DNA from: Azolla caroliniana | Taxonomy: Eukaryota; Plantae; Polypodiophyta | Direction of reading: 5' to 3' | NCBI GenBank assembly: GCA_043228905.1 | Contig: JBHGNT010000004.1 | Coordinates: 310,001 to 374,000 of the forward strand | Length of the DNA stretch: 64,000 nucleotides | Part shown: piece by piece, positions 49,701 through 60,800 of the stretch | How the letters are laid out: each line of letters opens with the position of its first letter | How positions within the stretch are numbered: the stretch's first letter is position 1 | The notes under the pieces: generated by a model | The model's input: only the letters and a program-made list of their open reading frames with translations | Told to the model about the DNA's origin: nothing | The model's database searches: none | Position numbers and translations under genes: made by a program

Positions 49701-52190
49701 CGCCGAGAGACTGATGCGGCATTGGGCCACAGACGTCCGAGTGGACCAAATCAAGAGGTCTCGTTTCTCTTGGTGCTGATGTCGGGTGTGATGCGGCTGC
49801 TTGTTTGCCATACTGGCAATGCTCGCAGAATTGATGGTCCGAGAAGGAGAGTTTGGGGATGTATCCGGCTCTAGATAGGTGCGTGATGCCGGCCTTGCTG
49901 AGGTGTCCTAATCTTCGGTGCCATAGTGATGACACAGGAATATCCACCAAAAACAGGTTACCCTCTCTGAGCGTAACATGTAACGGATACAGGGAGTGTA
50001 TCTTGGGTCCTCTAGCAAGCAGGAGGTTCCCCCTGTGGAGTGTCCACCCTCCCGAAGAAAAACCGGCACGAATGCCGTCTTCATCTAGTTGTCCGACTGA
50101 GATCAATGGCCTTGAGAGCTCGGGTACATGTCGGACATTGTGGAGTACAAGTGTAGAGCCACCTGCAAGGTTGAGCTCTACTGTGCCGATTCCGATGATG
50201 TCACAGTGTTGTGAGTTGCCGACTCGAACTGAGTCGGAGTGACGGATCGTATATTGCCGAAATTGGGATCGATGAGGAGTCACGTGAAATGACGCGCCCG
50301 AATCTAAGAGCCATGTGCTCGATTCTTCAGTCGTGAGTAGAACTTCTGATCCGACTGGATTTTCGATTGATAGTATATTCGGGTCGTCCGGTAGTACATC
50401 AGCTGAGAAGCTGACGTAATTGATCTCCTCATGCCGGCCACTCTTCTTGTTGTTCTTGTTCTTGAGTGCGCGGCAGTCGGCTTTGATGTGTCCGGGTTTC
50501 TTGCAATAGTTGCAGATTCGGTTATCCCGTGACTGGCTCCGTCTTCGCTGATTGTTCGGCGGCCGTGAGGAATCTCTTCCTCGTATGTTCGATCGGTCTG
50601 TCGAACCTTGTACTACGTAAGCGTCGTCTGTTGAGTCTTTGGCGAAGGACTTTCTCCGAGCTGCTTCGGTCAGGATTGCGCTCGTGACTTCGGAGTATTT
50701 AACAGCCGTGGTTGACGCGTTGCACACGGTTGTGACGAAAGTTTCCCATGATGAGGGAAGGCTGCTCATGAGTATCATTGCTCTGAGTTCATCCTCGATT
50801 GCCGTCCCCTGTGACGAGATTTGGGAGCTTATGCTTTCGTACTCATTGAGGTGTGCTTGAACCGAATCGGATTCTTTCATCCGCAAGTTGTAGAGGCGCC
50901 GGATCAGAAACATCTTCGTTGCGGCGACCTTCTTTTCGTAAGTGTCCGACAGTGTTTTCCACAGTTCGAATGCTGTCGTACACGATTGCACCGTAAAGTA
51001 TACCGATTCCGATAGGTGCATCCGAATCGTGGCGCGGACAATTCTGTCCAGCTTCTGCCACTCAATTGGTTTGTATCCTTCTGGAGGTTCTTCATTTTCG
51101 ATGGGATCGATTTGCCCCTTGACTATGAGATAGTCCTGCATTTGTTCCTTCCAGAAGTTGAAGTTCGATCCATCGAACTTTCGTAGACTCATTTCTGACG
51201 AGCCGGATGTTGATGCCATCAAGTTCGGTTTTGGTTGACGAAGCTCGGTTCGGAGTTGACTACAAACCTTGTTGGAGTGCAGCCAGTTGGCTCACCCGAT
51301 ATCGTTCTAGTCGGATTTGAACCCGAGTCGGTTCGGCTTCGGAGCTTGCTCGAATTGACTCCGGTAACTTGAGGGACAGAACCGACTGGTCTTCCCGAAT
51401 GTTGCCGAGTCGGAGTGAGCCCGGTTCGCTTCGGATATATATGCCGAATACCGATTATTGAAACCGATTATCTGGACCGATTCTGCTTCGGGTGGCTGCA
51501 GCGACGAGAGAGACAGATCCAACTGATCCTCCCGAATGTCGATCAGCCGGATGAAGCGCGAATTGGGGTTGTTGTCTTGAGACCGATCTGCACCGAGTGG
51601 TTACAACGAGCGGCGAGCAGCGTTTAATGACCTTTTCGGATGCCGTTTAACCGAGTGGAGCACGATCGTGTCAATGTTGCACAAGGGGATTTCACCTCGA
51701 GCGTTGCGATCACAAGGAACGGAGTACAACCGGCTGGCTTACTCCAAGCGAAGAGGATCTAACGCGAAGAGATGCAAGCCTCGTTTTTCTTCTTCTCTCT
51801 TCTTCGAATGACGCAGGAAACCGAATGTTGTGCAGGCTGAGACGACAGCCGACAGCGGATTGAAGGACCGAATGCTGTGCAGGCTCTGATACCACCTGTT
51901 GCAGACAAAGTCGTCTGTGCGGAAGATCAAGAAGCATTCGATTGCTGTTGAGTACCTGCGTATGACAGTTTGTAGGTCGTTGCACAGAGAGAGAGAGAGA
52001 GAGACAGACAGAGAGGCACAAAAGACTTTCTCTTATTCCATAAAGCAATAATACAACACCCAACCTTACAAAGAGGTTACAAGGTCACTATATATAGTGA
52101 CCGACTTAGGGCAACTACCCTTTATGCTAATTACATAAATGGCCAAAACGGGATAGTGTGAATATGTCCATTATACACATGTATTCGACA
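46721..52190 (-). mobile_element. Full-length, very young Ty1/copia LTR retrotransposon
   Basis: LTRs 46721-47012 (292 bp) and 51897-52190 (294 bp) differ only in the GA tract and one C/T; TSD GAGAG (46716-46720 / 52191-52195); perfect PBS TGGTATCAGAGC at 51883-51894; PPT (CGGGGGAG) at 47013-47020. Confidence 0.98.
47206..51222 (-). CDS. Intact copia gag-pol polyprotein (1338 aa)
   Basis: KFDGSNFNFW gag, CNYCKKPGHIKADC knuckle, WLLDSGASFHV protease, WHRRLGH..CEHC and HSDVCG/RTDNGGE/AERMN integrase, DVKTAF/YVDD RT, YTDSDF/TEAEY/ADGMTK RNase H; uninterrupted. Confidence 0.97.
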   Translation of the reverse strand: MMASTSGSSEMSLRKFDGSNFNFWKEQMQDYLIVKGQIDPIENEEPPEGYKPIEWQKLDRIVRATIRMHLSESVYFTVQSCTTAFELWKTLSDTYEKKVAATKMFLIRRLYNLRMKESDSVQAHLNEYESISSQISSQGTAIEDELRAMILMSSLPSSWETFVTTVCNASTTAVKYSEVTSAILTEAARRKSFAKDSTDDAYVVQGSTDRSNIRGRDSSRPPNNQRRRSQSRDNRICNYCKKPGHIKADCRALKNKNNKKSGRHEEINYVSFSADVLPDDPNILSIENPVGSEVLLTTEESSTWLLDSGASFHVTPHRSQFRQYTIRHSDSVRVGNSQHCDIIGIGTVELNLAGGSTLVLHNVRHVPELSRPLISVGQLDEDGIRAGFSSGGWTLHRGNLLLARGPKIHSLYPLHVTLREGNLFLVDIPVSSLWHRRLGHLSKAGITHLSRAGYIPKLSFSDHQFCEHCQYGKQAAASHPTSAPRETRPLDLVHSDVCGPMPHQSLGGDSYFVTFIDDSTRKVWAYPIRTKDRVFSIFTDWLAMVENQTDRKLKCFRTDNGGEFKSEEFVKFCRQRGIRREFTAPHSPEQNGIAERMNRTIQERTVSMLQHSGLSDGFWAEALLTAVHIINMSPSRPLGLQIPHELWIGSKPNYDKLRIFGCEAYALIPKDDRRKLAPRSRKCIFLGYGSDGEMGYRLWDPERRQIVRSSDVVFNESAMNPSVEKPIEVRRVTFSDVPTLQEGPALNTRSASRVAEPYTTDSDNPDSAQQNNPLSDHPTLIPDATSPILPRRSERLSQPPERYSPGIFFTDAGEPTSYEEASTSVDSATWHLAMESEMHSIRANKTWDLVELPRNRRALPCKWVYRLKETSDSTTPKYKARLVAKGFRQEYGVDFDEIFSPVVKMTTLRFLLGVVAADNLELIQLDVKTAFLHGDLEEEIYMEQPKGFVATGQAHLVCRLRKSLYGLKQAPRQWYKKFDDFIQSIGFSKSDEDHCLFTNTAQDGSPIFLIIYVDDMLISGRHAGELADLIRQLRLKFAMKDLGPARHILGMKISRHRDKQHLFLSQTDYTRRVLERFNMQSAKSASTPLPMNLRLSQRDCPTSGPEGEDMKSVPYAPAVGSLMYLMVATRPDISHAVGVVSRFMHNPGRSHWNAVKHVFRYLAGTKDHGILFGPNRTSGVVGYTDSDFAGCIDSRKSTTGYCFKFGNGAISWKSKLQECTATSTTEAEYVAASDAAKEALWLGRLAHTFRQVDHDSAPVVYSDSQGAVALSKNPVHHNASKHIDVRYHFVRDCVISGKIGLEKISTTDNVADGMTKCLSADRFRSLRHQMGVTTNQSG

Positions 52191-53060
52191 GAGAGGAGCT
52201 GTTGGTGGCACGGATTCAACAGCTCGGGTGGAAACCGGAAGATGTTGAGCGAGCGACGGCAAGAACGGAGGAAGTGAGGAAAAGGAACAAGGCCCGGTTT
52301 GACCTGACGCACCAACTCTGTCTGAGGAAGATTGAGGAAGGTGATTGGGTGCTGGTCTACGACAATAGCCTAGACAACCAACATCGGTCGACCCGAAAGT
52401 TTGCGAGGAAGTGGTTCGGGCCATACGTGGTGACGAGCACCAACGACAATGTGACATAGGTCATCTTGCCGAGCTTGACGGGATGAGGGTCGCGGTGCCG
52501 GTTGTAGGGAAGTGGATAAAGGACTTCAAGAAGCGGTACGATCCAAACCCGAATCCGGAGATAGACGAGGGCGGAAGCGAGCTAAGGCGAGAGCGCGGAA
52601 CCGGAATAGGACCTAGTTGGTGATGATCCGGAAGAGGAGGAGTAAGAACTGGGCCAGAATCCACTACTACATTACTTGGCACATGCCGGAGGATGTGCCG
52701 TTTGGTGGGGGTGGATGTTGTGAAGGATTCCAGCCATAAAGAGAAACAGGGCCAAGTGCTCGCGAACGGGTGTGTGCACCAATACACGCAAACCAAGAAA
52801 CATGTTCAAACATAATGTAAACAACATAAGACTAGTAAGTACTAGGTAGTAGGAATTAAAGGGTACTTTAAAGTTCCACACTCATAGAGAGAATGGGGCG
52901 GAATTTGATGTGAAGAAATCGAAAGGGGGGGGTCTCTGACACCAATCACGATGTAACGGTCTCCCCTTCGTGCTATGAAAGGGGAGACTTGAGCCTATTT
53001 TAAGGATCCGGTTTTTGGGAGGACGAAGTGTTGTCGGTTTGTGGGCCGAGCTCTCTCTCT

Positions 53061-53275
53061 TCTTCTTTTTTTTATCGTAATTGCCTTACCCTAGTGGTAA
53101 ATTGTTAGCACTACAAGCATTGCGTTGTGGGTTTGAAACCCAACTTCCTCACCTCTCTATTATATACTTCTTATATATCTCTTAATTCACTAAATGCCAC
53201 TGTGGAATGTAGGGGTTGAACCCATGATCACCTGGTCTCCATTGGGCAACCTTACCAACTGAGCTACATCCATCT

Positions 53276-53277
<2 letters not shown>
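53061..53277 (-). mobile_element. tRNA-derived SINE, full-length copy 1, with an antisense second tRNA-like module
   Basis: Minus-strand head GGATGTAGCTCAGTTGGTAAGG..GGGTTCAACCCC..CATTCCA (A and B boxes); A-rich tail (T tract at 53061-53073 on +); candidate TSD GCTCTCTCTCT on both sides. Confidence 0.8.
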
Positions 53278-53316
<39 letters not shown>

Positions 53317-53319
<3 letters not shown>

Positions 53320-53810
53320 AAAAGCACACAATTATATTAATTGTATGTAAAATCCACTTAGTTACAACACTTCTTAGTCTCCTCTACCTATCATATGCCT
53401 AAGGGAGAGGGACATTCTGTAATACTACTAAAAGACCTGAATATGCATTTGAGGAAATGATCCCCACATGCTCTAACATCCAAGAATTCCACATGAGAAT
53501 ACCTTTAAGCTTCTTTATATAGGCTTTCACCCCATGTCTATTATCAACATGAAAGCATTACGCATATTCCAATTGTGTTGTAGACCCCAATAACGTAAAA
53601 ATTGGAACAATATCTCCATCTCATCATTTGATCCATTTTGAACATATTGAGAAAAAACCCATTGTTGAGGTCTCAAACAACAACGGGTTAAAACTTGCCA
53701 AATGTCCGATAAGTACTTCCAAATGGTACACGCTATAGGACATTTAATGAACCTATGTGTACTATCCTCCAATGGAACGGTGCAAAAGAAACAAGTGCCA
53801 AACCCTAGTC
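53317..53810 (-). mobile_element. LINE 3' fragment (zf-RVT-like ORF2 C-terminus)
   Basis: GTCFFCTVPLEDSTHRFIKCPIACTIW...YWGLQHNWNMRNAF; same family as 17003-17620. Confidence 0.8.
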
Positions 53811-53814
53811 CTCT

Positions 53815-54007
53815 TTTTTTTTTTTTTTGTAATTAGCTTACCCTAGTGGTAAGTCAATAACACTACAAGCACCGTGTCTTGGGTTCAAAATCCAATTTCC
53901 TCACCTCTCTATTATATACTTCATATATATCTCTATTTCACTAGATGCCACTGTGGAATGTAGGGGTTGAACCCATGACCACTTGGTCTCCATTGGGCAA
54001 CCTTACC
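53815..54007 (-). mobile_element. tRNA-derived SINE copy 2, slightly 5'-truncated
   Basis: Colinear with 53061-53277 but lacks the first ~12 nt of the head; poly-T 53814-53828; 14-bp TSD AACCCTAGTCCTCT (53801-53814) / AACCCCAGTCCTCT (54008-54021). Confidence 0.82.
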
Positions 54008-54017
54008 AACCCCAGTC

Positions 54018-54065
<48 letters not shown>

Positions 54066-54568
54066 CTTGTGTACGATTCTGGAAGGAAGCCTCTGCTCGC
54101 GCAGGAAACCTGTGAGCTCTAGATTAGAGGCTCCTGGATCTGTCTATGTGCGTGTGTGGGTGGAGGGAAGGTGTGTTTCGTTGAGCGTACGACTATGCTA
54201 CTGGTCGAGCCCGGTTGTATTCTGCTCACCTTAATCTATTCGTCCGATAGTTCGGGTCGATCTCTTCTCGTTTCGGGTTTCATCTCTATTTCTGTTGCTT
54301 CGTATCTGTTTCCTTGCTCTACCTGTGAACTGCGTGACGCGGTTTCTTCTACGGACCTAGAAATACATTGTTTGGGTTGTGGTAACCGACCAGGCACTCC
54401 GTCACGGTAGCTCGTCCTACGCCCTTTGACTCCTTGGTTCGAGAACCCAGTGGTCATGCCCATTTCAATACATAGCTTTGAGCGACCTGCACCGTCTAGG
54501 GCCGCGATTCCGTCGCCAGCCCTATTAATGATTTGTCTCAAAATAGACACGTCGCATCCGCATACCCA

Positions 54569-54604
<36 letters not shown>

Positions 54605-54620
54605 AATAAACTCTTAAGAC

Positions 54621-54629
54621 TTAGGGTTT
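54621..54629 (-). promoter_or_regulatory. Telo-box (AAACCCTAA) upstream of RPL35a
   Basis: TTAGGGTTT 67-75 bp before the ATG; telo-boxes are typical of plant ribosomal protein promoters. Confidence 0.65.
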
Positions 54630-54695
54630 TCCTGTTCTCTGCAGAACAAGAAAGAAGAACTGCGGTAGCAGAGGAGCTTCATCTTCTCCCTCGCC

Positions 54696-57448
54696 ATGCC
54701 AGAGAGCAAAGGAGAACGCATTAGGTAGGATGACTCTCCCTCCCTCCCTCTCTCTCTCTCTTACCCCGTGAATCTCTGACTTAGTATTCGTCTTCTCTTT
54801 CTCCTCATGTTGATTCTATTGCTCATTTCTTCGCGATTTCTCTTTGCTCACCTGATTTCCGAATGTTGTAATTCTGTGTGTGTGTGTGTGTGCTTGTTCA
54901 TGTTTTTCTTTTTCTTCCTTCTTCTCGTATTGCAGATTTGTTTTGCTTCAAAGCCTTTCGATTTCTTTTCGAATTCCCTGTATAGCATCCTGTCTTCGCA
55001 ATATGTTTGAGTTGCATTCTCTTCGAATTACAAAGGAGTTAATTCTCTATCGCTCTCTTTGGATATTTTTCTTTTTTCTTTTTCGAATATCGTGCTGAGT
55101 AATGTGTTGCATTTTTAATAACGAGTTTATTTGAATGTGGGTTCACTTCTTCCATAGGAAACATTAAATAGAAGTTCTATAAGTGGCTATTGTTTATTCA
55201 ATTGGATATTAAAAATCTTAGGTTTTACTTCTAGAAACTTTCTGTTGTTTTGTCTTTGTGGGGAAGTTCATCGGGAACCATGGATGCTGAGATTCACTAT
55301 CAATTCGTATGTTCGAAGAACCCGAGCTTAGTATGATTCAAGCATGCATTATATGTGAACCTGATAGATCTTAATTTTGAAGATATAGATGCTTCCAAAT
55401 ATTTAAGACTTTCACATACTGAGATATTTGCTAAGAAGTAAGTCGCTGGTTTAGAGTGTTATACCTTTTTGAACACTGATTTATCAGATTCCCCAATTGT
55501 GCATTACATATGATGCATTATTTCAAACCAATCTTGTTTCATTTCTTATAAGGTATTAAAATGAATTTCAAACAATGAAAACTGCTACTTATTCACTTAA
55601 TGTTAACTTTCTCACGTGTTCGATGAGTCATATAGCTCTTCCGATGTTGGAAAACTGTTGATGTCACCTTTCATCCACATGTTCTGTTGGGATTCTCTAT
55701 TGTGATTTGTATGTTTGTGTTAATTTATCATTACTCATTATTCATTTTGAAACCATTTTGAAGCTGCATTATTCATTTTGTTATTTCTACCATTACTTCT
55801 GTTCTGCTCTTTTTCTGGGAAGTCTTACTCAATCTTGTTTTCATTGTCTAGTAATGCGTATGTGAGCACATTACATAGAGCTGAAGGAAAGGCTCCAAGC
55901 CCCTCTGTTTCTGAAATTGGAATAATTCTAGTGGACTTGTTTTGTTGTTGCTGTTTACCTTGTTTAAATACACTCTTATTTGTTTTATAATCCAGAAAAT
56001 TTGTTATTTTTTGACAAGCTTTACATGTGCATCATTTATTCTTCTGTTGGGCGTTTGTCAATTGGATCCTAGATGATGTGAATGTTGTACATCTGATTGA
56101 TGCCCTTTTCTAAATTTCCTCTATGCTTAGTAGTGTACATGATCAAAGGCCACTGCTTTAATCTCGAGTAAAAGAATTATTTTCAGATGGTAGCCTGTTG
56201 AGTTTTGTTCATTATTAAAATGCAGGCTTTATGTACGGGGAAGCATTCTTGGATACAAAAGGTCAGTACAGAATGCAGTTATTATTGAATTTCATCTAGC
56301 ATATTGGAGAGTAGGTATAGCTGAAGTTATTTCAAATAAAATATAATCTAAGTGTGCTGAACTTTAAATCTTCTATGTGAAGGGGAAAGTCTAACCAGTA
56401 TCCGAGTACCTCTCTCATCCAAATTGAGGGGGTAAATACTACGGAAGAGGTGAACTGGTACTTGGGAAAACGACTTGCATATGTGTACAAGGCAAAGACA
56501 AAGAAGAATGGTACTTTATACCGTGCCATCTGGGGAAAAGTTGTAAAGCCTCATGGAAACAGTGGCGTTGTTCGTGCTCGGTTCAAATCGAACTTGCCTC
56601 CCAGCTCTATGGTAAATGCTGGAACCCATTGTTCTTTAGTTCTTTATCATGCCTGTTCTCTTATTGAAGTCCACATGGAACTCCATTTTACTTGTAATGT
56701 CCTTGCTATTAAATTCAATTATGTCCTTGTTAAATGTACATATTATGTGAATTTCATTTCATGTATATGTGTTTTCATGTTTAGTTCTAATGCACATATT
56801 ATGTGTTTTTTTATTGAATTCTGACATGAATTCTCATGTTAGGGGTACACTAATTGTCTTATGTCATGCTATCTGAGTCTTTTTCTTGTTATCTCGATGT
56901 TTTTCCAAGCCTTGCTTGTGTTTTCATGTATAATTCGAATGTCCATATTATGTATTTTCTTATTGATTTCTATTATGCGTTTTCATAGTGAATTTTCATT
57001 CTAATACATATTGTGTGTTTTCTTCTTGAATTCTGTCAAATGTTCCCATTTTAAGAAGTGATTAGTTTTATTATATCATGTTATCTGGATATTTTTCTGA
57101 TCCTTGTTTCTCAGCTATTTGGTAAGTACTGTATTCCACGTGCTTGCTATATGTTTTTGTTTTTTGAATCTCGTTGTACTCTCTCTTTTTTTGTGTTGGA
57201 CAGTGATATTTATTGTCTCTTGTTATATGAGGTTCTTTGTCTGGATGTTTTTCTGAGTCACCATGTCTCTATGATTTGTTTTCTTTATTAACTTTGATCA
57301 AGCTTATGAACAATGAATTCTATACTGTATTGTATAAGCTGATCCATTTTCTCTTCTTATCTGGATTTTTTTTCTGAGCCTATTTGATGCTTTTTTTGTG
57401 ATACAGGGTGGGAAGGTTAGAGTGTTCATGTATCCCAGCAGAATCTGA
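54696..57448 (+). CDS. RPL35A: 60S ribosomal protein L35a (eL33), 4 exons
   Basis: Exons 54696-54724, 56226-56261, 56383-56611, 57407-57448 give [111 protein letters not shown]. Confidence 0.97.
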
Positions 57449-60400
57449 GGCCGACATAGATCCAAACTCTAAATCTGTCAATCACCAGCATCTGTATTGT
57501 TGATAATATAACTGGCCTGATTTCCCACAGCTATTATTCTTGTAGAAGAAACAACCTTTATTTAGCTAGGTTTCAAGAGATGAGGGAGAAGACCTTCAGT
57601 GAAGCAAAATGTGTGGTGGGACATTCACAGGAAAAAACATCTTTTTTGAGTACCAAGAGTTTTGTAAACTTTCTGGGTGATTTTTTTTGTTTATTTTTGC
57701 AGCTATAACTAGTTAGTGCTCAAGTATTTTATGATATTTCTCTTGATTTAAATCTTCAGTAATGCTATAGTTTTCATTATATGTTATCCTTTTTCTATAT
57801 ATAACCTGTCATCATTGTAAAATATAACCTTATAGTAGGTTTATTAAAATCTACAAGGACTTGCTGGTTCATCTAATGTTAATTTAAAGGCTGCTTCTTG
57901 GTTAATTAATTGAGCTTGGTTGCTTGGAGGACTTCATTAAATTTCCAATTTATGGTCATGTGTTCTCTCTTGAGCACACCAATGTTTGTCATTTTGACAT
58001 GTTTGGTTGTCATGCTATATGTTATGACTGTTGCCCTTGTGCTATGGTAGTGACAGACTAATACATTCAGGAGAAAACAACTGCAATATCCATGAGATAT
58101 CATGTTGTAGGCATGTTTGTGAATGTTTTTCAGGTTCCTACATGACACCTCAATACTTGGCATATCATGTTTTGTACATTTTCATCAATGTTCTTTGTGT
58201 GGTTCCTACTTTTCTCTTTGATCGGTGAGAGTCTTGCTACTAGAGGCAAAAGAGTATTAGGGTGTGACTCTTGCTACTAGAGATGGAGAAGGCTGTTTCC
58301 TTGTGTTTTGCCTTTAGTTGATTCCCTTAGTGAATTCTTTCTAAAGATCAAGCAACAGATTCTAAATCAGCTATGAAGATTGTTAATTTGATTTGAGTTT
58401 CTTGACCAACTTGTTTTTTGTTTAGCAAAATAATTGTACCATGTACTTAAGCTTTTCAATGTAATTACATTTTGACTATGTTTTTGACTAGGGGTCAACT
58501 GATTCATTCTCTTTCATGGTGACTTGAGAAGAAGTCTTGTTTAAATTAAATGTGAGTTTGGGGTTGGAGACTGGAGTGTTATTTTCTATGAACCTATTTA
58601 CCCACTGCGTAGATTTCAAATAGCAATTGGCAACAATTTGGTTTGAGCTGAATTGAGCCACAAAGACCTTAGCTTAATAATGGCTTAATGATATTTTCGA
58701 AATACAAATAAACTAAACACAAAAGGAAGAAAGTGGATCTCCTTTTCACTAGTATGCATTGTACCCTTGAAGCTCATGAAAAGCTCTATAAAATGTTTAC
58801 TAATATCTAGCTTAATTGTTTGATAGTGATGCTAATGTTGTGTTGGATCAACACAATTCGCTAACAATTACCTTCACATTAGATTATTACGTAGAGTCAA
58901 GTGGTTTTGAACCCATTTTTAGCAAATGGGCTAGAAGTGGGAGTAAATTGCGCAAAGAGTGTAATTAACAAGGACTCCAAGGCTGCCTAAACGAACTTAA
59001 ACCCTTCAAAGACAATGGATGAAATTAGCTCAAGGAATGACTTAACCCTCCTTTAGGCATTCAAGTTAAACTCAAATCAAGGAAAGAAATGAGAAATCAC
59101 ACAACCAACGATGTTTTCTTGTTCTTTACTACACTTACATGGAGTAGAGCTTCAACGTTTAATAAATGTTTAAACTCAAAATAAGAGAGCTAAGCTTAAG
59201 CTCTAGATAAGAAAGTAACACTTTTTAAGAAAAAGAAGAGAGTATAACATACCATTAAAGATAATCTCTAGCTTACGGTAATATTTCATAATTTATAATT
59301 ATGTCCAATTTTACAATTTTGCACATTGCTTCTTATATTACGGTTCTACTAGGTTCTACTAGTTTCTTTGTTCTGTCAATGATAAGTCCCATAACCACTT
59401 AATGACAACATTTAAAATCATTTATTGTATGAAGTTGAGAATAGGAATAAAGTTGAGTTGAACTAAATTGCAAAATCTTGATTTCATGGCTTAGTTGGTT
59501 TTGTTCGGTTAGAGTGAAGTTAAAATTTTGTAAACAATTTAGTTTGGTTTGGGTGTTAAAGGGCTTGGTTTGAACTTTAAGACTTTATCCATCTTCAAAC
59601 CCAACTTAATGGTTCCACGGTTTAAGGGAATATCTTTGAATATTTATTAATATATATATAAATCAACTTTATACTTTACATAATATGTACTATGAAGCTT
59701 AATATCGAACCCTAACAATTCATGTAACTTTTAATGAAAAAATATCCGTTGAAATTTCGAGTGTACAATTGTCAGTAATTAAATTCGGGCCAAAACCAAA
59801 TAACAAAACTACGACGCATAGCATGGTTTGAACAGTTTTGGTTTTAAGTTTCAAAAGTTTAAAATGGTTTTGAGTTTGAGACTCCAAACTGAACTGAAAT
59901 ATATTGCAAGGAGCTGCTATCTATGAGGCAACCACCAACATTTGAGTTAAGTGAACAAATTGAAGGTCTTGAGGCTATAGGAAGCTTTGTGTAGGTTGAA
60001 ACAACACCTAGCGGCTTGTCTAAACAAATGAATGAATTTAGGAAGTACGTAATTGATGTTTCCTTTTATTCCAAAATAAAGATGGGTATTATGTTGCATG
60101 TGGACAACGGAATCCTCGTATATAAAACAAGAGATGATGGATATGGGTTTGTAGCAATTCTTGTTTGGGGTTACAAGTGCTTCAAAGGGCCATGGTGATA
60201 TTTGTCACTCAGAACAAATTTGCTTGCTTAAATTGTTAACAAGTTTAGTATGGAGAATTGTAAATAACATTCTTTGTTGTTGGAATTATTCCATTGGTAT
60301 TGGCAAAGTCCAAGTCCAAAACACTCTCCATGCCTGTTTTCTAAATGGGAAGTGAGTCGGCCTAAAGTAGATGCATGTATAACATTTGTATCTTAACTTG

Positions 60401-60559
60401 AAGATATTTCATCAGAAAATGGTTTTGGACATATTCAAAGTCTTTCCAAAATGAACTTAGAAATGCTACCACCTTATGAATCAAACCCATAGGGAAGCAT
60501 TTGTGTCTAATGGCACTAATCAACCTCTCTCTTGGATACCATTAATGTTGATTGATATT

Positions 60560-60800
60560 TCTTGAGAACCCAACATTTGATTTCTACTCCATTGAAAAAC
60601 TCTCAAATGCATACACATTCATTCCAAGTGACGTGTAAGCACATTCATGCCATTTATGCTTTGGAGGGAACATAAAGCCAAGGTACTTGAAAATTCTTAC
60701 CATTCCAAGTGCCTTGTTATTGTATATGGTGTACACACTATTTACAAACATATCCTTTATTTTAGAGCTATTGCCACCAAACTTGCAAAGCATGTGAAAG
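60560..60800 (-). mobile_element. Possible highly decayed LINE RT remnant
   Basis: IFKYLG motif in ORF 60584-60793 resembles RT domain 7; little other support. Confidence 0.3.

Larger units (their letters stand above)
45005..54472 (+). mobile_element. Degenerate Ty3/gypsy 3' half (RT end, RNase H, integrase, PPT, 3' LTR 52716-54472) hosting nested insertions
   Basis: PLYWLLKEGWKFEW, PIRFGAKVLSERQQRYAQ, IETDC, integrase HESPWSGH..CESC, LPYALWAYRTT, KWFGPYVV. The frame rejoins across the copia insertion (AEMSR|EELL). PPT GGTGGGGGTGGA then TGTTGTGAA at 52716; candidate end TTCAATACA at 54472. Confidence 0.82.

Noticed and set aside
53195-53275. Functional tRNA gene (TGG in the loop region)
   Set aside because: Anticodon arm does not pair, and the sequence is embedded in a repeated element with tail and TSD, so it is a SINE head
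54725-57406. Intronic snoRNAs in RPL35a
   Set aside because: No convincingly spaced C/D box pair with a terminal stem or H/ACA structure seen by eye
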